Below are positions 1 through 7,730 of a DNA stretch of 64,000 nt, in pieces. Positions within the stretch are counted from its first letter, which is position 1. Each line of letters begins with the position of its first letter. Both the position numbers and the translations under genes were made by a program. The stretch comes from Bacillota bacterium (GTDB lineage: Bacteria > Bacillota > Clostridia > Oscillospirales > Oscillospiraceae), in the NCBI GenBank assembly GCA_028719885.1, contig JAQYLT010000012.1, positions 26,702 to 90,701 of the forward strand. The letters are read 5' to 3'. The notes beneath the pieces were generated by a model. The model worked only from the letters and a program-made list of their open reading frames with translations. It was not told the DNA's origin and made no database searches.

Positions 1-24
1 TCTGGCGTTGTTTCTCTATAGGAA

Positions 25-1032
25 TCAGGCTTTTTCGATGAGCAGCTCGGCGATCTGGATGGCGTTGGTGGCAGCGCCCTTGCGGACCTGGTCGCCGCAG
101 CACCACAGGCACAGGCCGTTGTCGTCGGTGAGGTCGGGACGGATGCGGCCCACAAACACGATGTCCTGGTCGCTGGTGTCCAGGGGCATGGGATACTGCT
201 TCTTGGCAAGATCGTCCACCAGCTTGCAGCCGGGGGCTTTGGCGATGGCTTCCCGGGCCTGCTCCACGGAGATGGGCTTGTCAAAATGCAGGCTCACGGA
301 GATGGAGTGGCTGCGGACCACGGGCACCCGGACGCAGGTGCAGCTGACCTTCAAATCGGGCAGGTGCATGATCTTCCGGCCCTCGTTCTGCATCTTCATT
401 TCCTCGCTGGTGTAGCCCTCGAACTGCTCACCGCCGATCTGGGGAATCAGGTTGAAGGCGATCTGGTGGGAGAACACCTTGGGCTCGTAGGTCTTGCCGT
501 GGCCCAGGGCCTGCACCTCGTTCATCAGCTCGATGGGGCCGCCTGCACCGGCACCGGAGACGGCCTGATAAGTGGAGGCAGTCATGGTGCGGATGGGGCT
601 GATGGCATTCAGGGCGTTCACGGCGGTGACGGTGATGATGGTGGAGCAGTTGGGGTTGGAGATGATGCCGTGGTGGTTCTTCACATCCTCGGGGTTGATT
701 TCCGGGACGATCAGGGGCACGTTGGGGTCCAGGCGGAAAGCGGAGGAATTATCCACGAACACGGCCCCGGCCTTCACAATGGCGGGAGCAAATTTCTGGG
801 CGATGTCGTTTTCCGCCGCGCCCAGCACAATGTCCACACCCTCAAAGGCCTCGTCCCGGGCCTCCTGAATGGTTACATCCTCCCCCCTGAATTTCAGGGT
901 TTTGCCTGCGGAACGGGCGGAGGCAAGAGGGATAAGCTTCCCAACGGGGAAGTTCCGCTCAGAAAGAATTTTCATCATTTCCTGTCCCACAGCGCCGGTG
1001 GCACCCAGGACGGCAACGGTATATTGCTTCAT
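25..1032 (-). CDS. asd: aspartate-semialdehyde dehydrogenase
   Basis: 335-aa ORF. N-terminal Rossmann GATGAVG and the active-site segment SNPNCSTI. Lies downstream of lysC and hom on the same strand. Confidence 0.93.
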   Translation of the reverse strand: MKQYTVAVLGATGAVGQEMMKILSERNFPVGKLIPLASARSAGKTLKFRGEDVTIQEARDEAFEGVDIVLGAAENDIAQKFAPAIVKAGAVFVDNSSAFRLDPNVPLIVPEINPEDVKNHHGIISNPNCSTIITVTAVNALNAISPIRTMTASTYQAVSGAGAGGPIELMNEVQALGHGKTYEPKVFSHQIAFNLIPQIGGEQFEGYTSEEMKMQNEGRKIMHLPDLKVSCTCVRVPVVRSHSISVSLHFDKPISVEQAREAIAKAPGCKLVDDLAKKQYPMPLDTSDQDIVFVGRIRPDLTDDNGLCLWCCGDQVRKGAATNAIQIAELLIEKA

Positions 1033-1055
1033 TTAAATATCCTCCAATCTAAATT

Positions 1056-1200
1056 GTAGGGGAGGCTATCAGCCTCCCGTGCAGTACAGGCTCACAATAA
1101 AATGCCAGGTTGGGCGAATTCACACCAATTTATCACCTGGAACCATTCATCCGGCCGCTCAGAAATGGTTGCCTGTAGGGAGGCTGATAGCCTCCCCTAC
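1056..1200. repeat. REPIN-like pair of GTAGGG-headed hairpins (GTAGGGGAGGCTATCAGCCTCCC and its reverse complement) separated by 99 bp
   Basis: 1056-1078 and 1178-1200 are exact reverse complements, and each is itself a GC-rich hairpin. The pair sits between the lysC stop and the asd start. Confidence 0.8.
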
Positions 1201-1213
1201 AGTGGCTGGTACA

Positions 1214-2527
1214 TTATTTTACAAAACTATCGTAGAGCACCCGGATGGCGGTCTTAAAGTCCTTGTTATCCACGCCGAAGATGATGTTCAGCTCATCCGG
1301 ACCCTGGTTGATCATGCGGATGTTCACCCCGGCTTCGCCCAATGTGGCGAAAATCTTGCCGGAGATACCGGGCCGGAAAGCCATCTTCCGGCCAACGGCG
1401 GCCACCACGGCGATCTGATCGTGGACTGTGAGGGAATCGGGCTCCAGCTCCTTCTGAATCTCCGCCATGATGGTGTACAGGCTGGAGCTCACCGCCTCGG
1501 TGGGCATGACCACGGACACATTGTCGATGCCGTTGGGCACATAGTCGATGGACACGTTGTGCCGCTCGAAGATGGACAGCACCTTTCTCAGATAACCCAC
1601 CTGGCCGCTGAGGCCCCGCTTGCTCAGGGAAATGACACTGAAATCCTTCTTGCCAGTGATGCCGGTGATGAACCGATCCGGGTCGGAGTCCCCGTCGAAA
1701 GCTTCCTTGATCATGGTGCCGGGGTCGTTGGGGGCGTTGGTGTTGCGGATGTTCAGGGGGATGTTCTTCTCCCGCACGGGGAAGATGGTGCCCTCATGGA
1801 GCACCTGGGCGCCGGAGTAGCTCAGTTCCCGCAGCTCGTCGTAGGTGACCTGGGGAATGGTCTGGGGATCGTCCACGATCCGGGGGTCCGCCATGAGGAT
1901 GCCGGACACATCGGTCCAGTTTTCGTACACATCCGCATCCAGAGCCGCCGCCGCCAGGGCGCCGGTGATGTCGGAGCCGCCCCGGGTAAAGGTGCGGATT
2001 TTCCCATCGGGCATCATGCCGTAGAAGCCGGGAATCACAATGCCGAAATCCTTGTACCGGTCCTTCAGCAGGGCGTAGCTGGCCTCCTGGTCCACGGAGC
2101 CGTCGAACTTAAAGCGGATCCAGTCGGCGGCATCTACAAACTGGAAGCCCAGGAAAGCCGCCATCAGCTTGGCGGAGAAATACTCGCCCCGGCTGGCCAG
2201 CTCATCCTGGCTCACCATCTTCCGGTCCAGGCCGGATTTTAAGGCGGAAAATTCCGATTCCAAATCCAGCTTGATGCCCAGTTCGTCCCGGATTTCCAGA
2301 TACCGGGAGCGAATCATTTCAAAAATATTGGAGCAGTCCACCCCGTACTGGGTGTGGGCATGGCAAAGGTACAGCAGGTCCGTGATCTTATGGTCGCCGG
2401 AGAACCGCTTGCCCGCGGCGGAGACCACCACCACCCGGCGCTCCGGGTCGGCCATGAGAATCTCCCGAATCTTCCGGTACTGGCCGGCATCCGCCATGGA
2501 GCTGCCGCCGAATTTCACAACTTTCAT
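1214..2527 (-). CDS. lysC: aspartate kinase
   Basis: 437-aa ORF starting MKVVKFGGSS (amino-acid kinase KFGGS motif), with an ACT-like C-terminus. Begins 25 nt after the hom stop. Confidence 0.92.
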   Translation of the reverse strand: MKVVKFGGSSMADAGQYRKIREILMADPERRVVVVSAAGKRFSGDHKITDLLYLCHAHTQYGVDCSNIFEMIRSRYLEIRDELGIKLDLESEFSALKSGLDRKMVSQDELASRGEYFSAKLMAAFLGFQFVDAADWIRFKFDGSVDQEASYALLKDRYKDFGIVIPGFYGMMPDGKIRTFTRGGSDITGALAAAALDADVYENWTDVSGILMADPRIVDDPQTIPQVTYDELRELSYSGAQVLHEGTIFPVREKNIPLNIRNTNAPNDPGTMIKEAFDGDSDPDRFITGITGKKDFSVISLSKRGLSGQVGYLRKVLSIFERHNVSIDYVPNGIDNVSVVMPTEAVSSSLYTIMAEIQKELEPDSLTVHDQIAVVAAVGRKMAFRPGISGKIFATLGEAGVNIRMINQGPDELNIIFGVDNKDFKTAIRVLYDSFVK

Positions 2528-2552
2528 GTATTATCCTCTCTTCCTGGAGATA

Positions 2553-3662
2553 TCACTCTCCGATGGCGGCGATGAAGGCTTCGGGGTTTTCTTTCAGCCA
2601 GGCATGCATGTCGCTTACTGCCACAGCGCCGGTAATCACCCCGTCGCCCCAGCGCTCGGTCACCTCGCCGGTCCAATTGCCCCGGACGTAGTAGCGGAGG
2701 GCTTCGGAGTTGTCGGCGGACTGGGGGGCGCCGTAGGGGGCATAGAAGCCCTTGCCGGCCAGCACATCGATCAGGTCCTGCACCACATTGTATGCAGTGG
2801 GATAGCGGCCCGCGCCCTGGCCGAAGAAGCTCATCCGGTCGGAGGTCTCGCCCACAAAGGTGATCAGGTTGTAGTTCAGGGGCACAGCGGCCTCGGGGGT
2901 GCCCTCCGCCACCAGGGTGGGCTGCACATAGGCGCTGAAGCCGGTGTCCGTCCGCTTGCCGGTGGAGATCAGCTTGCAGACCTTGCCGTGAGCCTTAAAA
3001 TTCTCCACGTCGGCGGCGGTGATGTGGGAAATGCCCGCCACGGGAACGCTCTGCTTCTCCAGGGAGATGCCGAAAGCAATGTTGGAGGAGAGAATGACCT
3101 TGTGCCAGGTGTCGATGCCCTCCACATCGGTGGCGGGGTTAGCCTCGGCGTAGCCCAGCTTCTGAGCCTGGCGCAGCGTCTCGGCATAGTCGGAGCCCAG
3201 CCGGGTCATATTGTCCAGAATGTAGTTGCAGGTGCCGTTCATAATGCCGCCCACCTGGCTGATTTTCTGGGCCCGGCGGGAGCGCTCCAGCTCTGAGAGC
3301 CAGCCGATGCCGCCGCCCACGGCAGCGGTGCAGCGCAGCTTCACGCCCATCTGGTTTGCCAGGGGGATCAGCTCGTCGTAGAAGGTGCACACCAGCGCCT
3401 TGTTGGAGGTGACCACGTTTTTGCCCGCCTTCAGGGCAGCGCTGACGAATTCAAAGCTGGGGTGCAGGCCGCCCATGGCCTCCACCACGGTGTCGATTTC
3501 CGGGTCATTTAAAATAAGGCTGAAATCCTTCACCGCTTCGGCATCGGGCAGCTGGATATCCTCCAGGCACAGCACCTTGGTCACCTGCATGTCGCTTCTT
3601 CCCTCGGTGATCTCATACACACCCCGGCCCACCACGCCGAATCCGCACAAACCGATTTTCAT
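2553..3662 (-). CDS. hom: homoserine dehydrogenase
   Basis: 369-aa ORF. N-terminal GFGVVGRGV NAD-binding motif and hom-like core. First gene of the hom-lysC-asd operon. Confidence 0.88.
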   Translation of the reverse strand: MKIGLCGFGVVGRGVYEITEGRSDMQVTKVLCLEDIQLPDAEAVKDFSLILNDPEIDTVVEAMGGLHPSFEFVSAALKAGKNVVTSNKALVCTFYDELIPLANQMGVKLRCTAAVGGGIGWLSELERSRRAQKISQVGGIMNGTCNYILDNMTRLGSDYAETLRQAQKLGYAEANPATDVEGIDTWHKVILSSNIAFGISLEKQSVPVAGISHITAADVENFKAHGKVCKLISTGKRTDTGFSAYVQPTLVAEGTPEAAVPLNYNLITFVGETSDRMSFFGQGAGRYPTAYNVVQDLIDVLAGKGFYAPYGAPQSADNSEALRYYVRGNWTGEVTERWGDGVITGAVAVSDMHAWLKENPEAFIAAIGE

Positions 3663-3882
3663 AATATCCCTCCGTTATTCAAATTGTATGGGAATAGGAT
3701 TCTTTCACCGGACGGTTTATGTATGCGCCACAAAAACAAACATCCCTGTGAAATGGTACTTGCAATTTTTCACGGTTCAGTATATCATATACTTTGTCAT
3801 ATTTCAACTGCAACAAAAAGCCAATGATTTCGACGGTTCCCGCTTCTTTTTGTGCAAATAGATAATTATTAAGGAGGAAACT

Positions 3883-5328
3883 ATGCGTTACCACTCTACC
3901 AGAAATAAAGATCATTTTGTGGACAGCGCCCAGGCCGTTCTGGAAGGCCTGGCACCGGACGGCGGCCTGTATATGCCCGAGGCCATTCCCGGCTTCGACT
4001 GGAAGCAGTGCCTGGCCGGCTCCAGCCAGCAGATGTCCGCCATGATTCTCTCCGCCCTGCTGCCGGATATTCCGGATATGGAGCAGCTGGTACAGCGTGC
4101 CTACGACGGAAAATTTGAAACCGAGGACCTGACCCCCACCGTTACCGTGGGAGACAGCACCGTGCTGGAGCTGTTCCGGGGCCCCACCTCCGCCTTTAAG
4201 GATGTGGCCCTTTCCATGCTGCCCCAGCTGCTCACCGCCGCCAAGGCCGTAAAAGGAGAGAAAGAGGATACCCTGATTCTCACCGCCACCTCCGGCGATA
4301 CCGGCAAGGCCGCTCTGGTGGGCTTCCGGGATGTGCCCGGGGTCCGCATCTGCGTGTTCTACCCCGATGGGGGCGTGTCCCAGGTCCAGCGGGCCCAGAT
4401 GGTCACCCAGGAGGGGAGCAATGTGGCAGTGTGTGCCGTGAAAGGCAATTTCGACGACGCCCAGACCGGGGTGAAGAACATCTTCGCTGCCTGCCAGGGA
4501 AAGCGGCTGCCCTTTCAGCTGTCCAGCGCCAACTCCATCAACATCGGCCGCCTGGCGCCCCAGGTGATGTACTATTTCCGGGCCTACCGGAATCTGCTGG
4601 ATGAGGGAAAAATCCGGCTGGGGGACAAGGTGAACTACGCCGTGCCCACGGGCAATTTCGGCGACATTCTGGCGGGCTTCCTGGCCAAGCTGCTGGGGCT
4701 TCCCGTGGGGATGCTGATCTGCGCCTCCAATGCCAACAATGTGCTCACGGATTTCATCCGCACCGGCACCTATGACCGCCGCCGCCCCCTGCTGAAAACC
4801 ACCTCCCCCTCCATGGACATTCTGGTGTCCTCCAATCTGGAGCGGCTGCTGTACCTGCTGTCCGGGGATACGGAGCTGGTGGCGGAGCTGATGGGGAAGC
4901 TGAATGCCGAGGGCGTGTACACTGTGCCCGATCCCCTGAAAGACGCCATTCAGTCCCAGTTCTGGGCCTCCTATTGTGACGATGCCCGGGCTTCGGAGAT
5001 CATGGGAAGGGTCTACAAGGAGCAGGGCTACCTGTGCGATCCCCACACCGCCTCCGGCTTTGCCGCCGCCCAGGATTACGTGGCCGCCACCGGGGACCAT
5101 CGCCCCATGGTGATTCTCTCCACTGCCTCCCCCTATAAATTTCCTGCCACCGTGCTGGAAGCCATCGGCGGGGATACCAGCGGCAGCGAGTATGAGCAGA
5201 TGGACCGGCTCCATGAAATCACCGGCATCCCCGTTCCCCCCGCCCTGGCCAAGCTTCGGACGATGCCCGAGCTGCATACCGATGTGATTGAAAAGAGCGC
5301 CATGCTGGAGTACGTAATGGCACTTTGA
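3883..5328 (+). CDS. thrC: threonine synthase
   Basis: 481-aa ORF. Shows YHSTR...GGLYMPE at the N-terminus and a PLP-lysine region (SAFKD). SD AAGGAGG lies upstream. Confidence 0.93.
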   Translation: MRYHSTRNKDHFVDSAQAVLEGLAPDGGLYMPEAIPGFDWKQCLAGSSQQMSAMILSALLPDIPDMEQLVQRAYDGKFETEDLTPTVTVGDSTVLELFRGPTSAFKDVALSMLPQLLTAAKAVKGEKEDTLILTATSGDTGKAALVGFRDVPGVRICVFYPDGGVSQVQRAQMVTQEGSNVAVCAVKGNFDDAQTGVKNIFAACQGKRLPFQLSSANSINIGRLAPQVMYYFRAYRNLLDEGKIRLGDKVNYAVPTGNFGDILAGFLAKLLGLPVGMLICASNANNVLTDFIRTGTYDRRRPLLKTTSPSMDILVSSNLERLLYLLSGDTELVAELMGKLNAEGVYTVPDPLKDAIQSQFWASYCDDARASEIMGRVYKEQGYLCDPHTASGFAAAQDYVAATGDHRPMVILSTASPYKFPATVLEAIGGDTSGSEYEQMDRLHEITGIPVPPALAKLRTMPELHTDVIEKSAMLEYVMAL

Positions 5329-5339
5329 TTGGAGAGATT

Positions 5340-6236
5340 ATGAAACGAGTAACCATCCGCGTTCCGGCCACCACGGCCAACCTGGGCCCGGGGTTCGATG
5401 CCTTCGGCTGCGCCCTGAGCCTGTATACTGACGTGACCTTTGAGGAAACCGACGAGGCGGGCCTCACCATCACCGGCTGCGACGAGGCTTTCACCGGGCC
5501 GGACAATCTGGCCTATACCTCCTACTGCGCCGTGCTGGCCTCCCTCAGTGAGGAAATCCGGGGTGTTAAAATCCACATCGATGCCCATATCCCCATCTGC
5601 CGAGGCTTGGGCTCCTCTGCCGCTTTGCTGGTGGCGGGGGCCATGGGCGCCAATGTACTCCGGGGCAGCCGGCTCTCTACCCAGGGCCTGCTGAACATCA
5701 CCAATGCCATGGAGGGCCACCCGGACAACCTGGCCCCTGCTTTCTACGGCGGCCTCACCGCTTCCATGGTGGACAGCGGCCTGCCCGTCACCGTGAATTT
5801 CCCCCTGCACCCCGGCTGGGAGTTTCTGGCCCTGGTGCCGGACTTCGACCTGCCCACCAGCCTGGCCCGAAGTGTGCTGCCGGAGCAGATTTCCCGGGCG
5901 GACGCCATTTATAACGTGTCCCACGGCGCCATGGTGCTGAAGGCGTTGGAGCTGGGAGACGAGAAGCTGCTGCGAAACGGCATGCAGGACCGGCTCCACC
6001 AGAAATACCGGAAAAAGCTGATTCCGGACTACGAAAAGATCGAGGCCCTGGTCCGTACCACCGGCGCGGCCTTCTGCCTCAGCGGCGCAGGTCCCACCCT
6101 GCTCTGCATCACCCGCAACCCCGGCCTGGAGGAGAAGCTCTCCAAAAAGCTGGGAACCATCACGGAGAAAAACTGGCAGATGCTCCCCCTCCATGTGGAA
6201 TTCCAGGGCGCCCATGTAATTTCCACGGAAGAATAA
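5340..6236 (+). CDS. thrB: homoserine kinase
   Basis: GHMP kinase motifs PATTANLGPGFD and GLGSSAA. ATG at 5340 follows GGAGAG. The ORF track extends to a TTG at 5325. Confidence 0.9.
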   Translation: MKRVTIRVPATTANLGPGFDAFGCALSLYTDVTFEETDEAGLTITGCDEAFTGPDNLAYTSYCAVLASLSEEIRGVKIHIDAHIPICRGLGSSAALLVAGAMGANVLRGSRLSTQGLLNITNAMEGHPDNLAPAFYGGLTASMVDSGLPVTVNFPLHPGWEFLALVPDFDLPTSLARSVLPEQISRADAIYNVSHGAMVLKALELGDEKLLRNGMQDRLHQKYRKKLIPDYEKIEALVRTTGAAFCLSGAGPTLLCITRNPGLEEKLSKKLGTITEKNWQMLPLHVEFQGAHVISTEE

Positions 6237-6256
6237 GGAGCGTTTCCTGAATTTTC

Positions 6257-6560
6257 GTAGGGAATGCATTTATGCATTCCGTCCTGGTCGCAAATCACCA
6301 GGGGGTATTGAATCGTAAAAACGTTGTGTTTTGCGTAGGGAACGGATTTATCCGTTCCGAAACGTCGGTGAACATCCGTAGTTCGTTGGATGGTAACGGG
6401 TTCCTGCTTTTTCCAACATTATTCCATTCAACATACCTCGATAAAACCGTTACCGAGGCGGAATGCATAAATGCATTCCCTACGCAAAAATCATCGTTTT
6501 GCGATTCGTCGAACCCTGGTGGTTCATGAACCTTTCGGAACGCATGAATGCGTTCCCTAC
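6257..6560. repeat. composite REP/MITE-like element: four GTAGGG-headed hairpins, two forward and two reverse
   Basis: Units at 6257-6280 (GTAGGGAATGCATTTATGCATTCC) and 6335-6358 (GTAGGGAACGGATTTATCCGTTCC), plus reverse units at 6460-6483 and 6537-6560. The spacers of the two halves are also reverse-complement related. Confidence 0.85.
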
Positions 6561-6624
6561 GAACACAGCGGAATAAATAACGTTAGTTAACAAAAGAACA
6601 TTATTATCGATTAACCGATAAGCA

Positions 6625-6672
6625 CAAAAAACATGGCTGCTTCGCGAAAAACCGTGAAGCAGCCACTTTTTT
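6625..6672. terminator. bidirectional rho-independent terminator
   Basis: Stem TGGCTGCTTC / GAAGCAGCCA flanked by an A-run and a T-run, immediately 3' of the holin gene. Confidence 0.75.
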
Positions 6673-6673
6673 G

Positions 6674-6931
6674 TTATTTGGTCTTGGGAACCTGATAGGT
6701 CATGGCGTTTTCACTGTCGGACAGGCCGGCGGTGGTGGGGTCGTTGACGATGCCCAGAATGGTCAGCACCGTGAACAGCTGATTTACCACCGCCAGCGTC
6801 CGGTTGCCCGCCTCCCCCAAATCCAGGTTGATGCCGAACATGGCCGCGCCGCTCTGCACCAGCAGCAAAACCGCGGGAATCAGGGCGGCCCAAAAGGCCC
6901 GGTTCCGAATTCTTACTTTCCAGTTGATCAT
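6674..6931 (-). CDS. holin (phi-LC3-type)
   Basis: 85 aa. Starts MINWKVRIRNRAFWAALIPAVLLLVQ, has two TM segments, and is the last gene of the lysis cassette. Confidence 0.8.
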   Translation of the reverse strand: MINWKVRIRNRAFWAALIPAVLLLVQSGAAMFGINLDLGEAGNRTLAVVNQLFTVLTILGIVNDPTTAGLSDSENAMTYQVPKTK

Positions 6932-7152
6932 TGCTTTCCTCCTCCATGCTCCAGGTCGGACAGCCGGTGGTTGATGACCCGAATCTGTTCCTCCACCACC
7001 GGCATTCTTCTTGCGAAGCCGTTGTGCTCCCGGACCTCCCGGGTCAGTTCATCCAGCTTTGTCTCGGTGACGGCCTGGCTTTTCCCGTTGGCAATCAGCA
7101 CCCCCAGCAGGGTCAGGCTGCCGGTGATGATTGCAGTGATGATGCTCTCCAT
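6928..7152 (-). CDS. BhlA/UviB-like holin-type small membrane protein
   Basis: 74 aa with an N-terminal TM helix followed by a coiled coil. Overlaps the holin start by 4 nt. Confidence 0.6.
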   Translation of the reverse strand: MESIITAIITGSLTLLGVLIANGKSQAVTETKLDELTREVREHNGFARRMPVVEEQIRVINHRLSDLEHGGGKQ

Positions 7153-7161
7153 AAATTCCTC

Positions 7162-7713
7162 CTATCTGTTTCCGGGCGGGATGTCAAAATGTACATTGGT
7201 GCTGTTGATGCGGTAGCTGTACCGGTGTCCCGGCTGGCTGGCCACAAACTGCCGCAGAGTTTCGCTGTCCACCCCGTCAACCCGCAAATCAACGGCCTCT
7301 CCATACATGTGCTGGCTGTTTCCAACACCGCCTTGGATTGCGTTCCACTTCTGGCAGCGCAGGCCGGAGATCACGTGGGCGGGTTTTCCGAAATGGGCCC
7401 GGGCGGCGTCGGCGATTTTGACCACGGCCTCCTGCATTTCCGCCGGGTAGCCGTTGCAGTATCTGCCTCCGCATTTGCATTTAAATTCATCCCGGCGAAA
7501 ATGCTTGATATCGTCCCACCAGTCTCCGGACTGTGGTTTGTCCAGCTTCGCAATCGTCCCGGCCACCGCACCAACCATGCCCTCAACGCCAACTCCGTAG
7601 TCTGCCTGGAACGCAGCCAGAGCAGCCTGGGTCTTTTTGCCGTCGATGCCGTCAATCGGGCCAGGGTCATACCCAAGATAGGCCAGCAGGCATTGGGTTT
7701 GCTTTGCCGTCAT
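7162..7713 (-). CDS. endolysin: PG-binding domain + peptidase M15 (VanY-like zinc D,D/L,D-peptidase)
   Basis: N-terminal PG_binding_1-like repeat (GPIDGIDGKKTQAAL). C-terminal SQHMYGEAVD...VHFD metal ligands. Confidence 0.85.
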   Translation of the reverse strand: MTAKQTQCLLAYLGYDPGPIDGIDGKKTQAALAAFQADYGVGVEGMVGAVAGTIAKLDKPQSGDWWDDIKHFRRDEFKCKCGGRYCNGYPAEMQEAVVKIADAARAHFGKPAHVISGLRCQKWNAIQGGVGNSQHMYGEAVDLRVDGVDSETLRQFVASQPGHRYSYRINSTNVHFDIPPGNR

Positions 7714-7730
7714 AGAAATCCCCCCTTTCG

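Noticed and set aside
3679-5277. 532-aa minus-strand ORF antisense to thrC
   Set aside because: Gly/Pro/His-rich low-complexity translation with no motifs. It lies exactly opposite a well-supported gene. This is the typical stop-codon-poor antisense frame of high-GC coding DNA.
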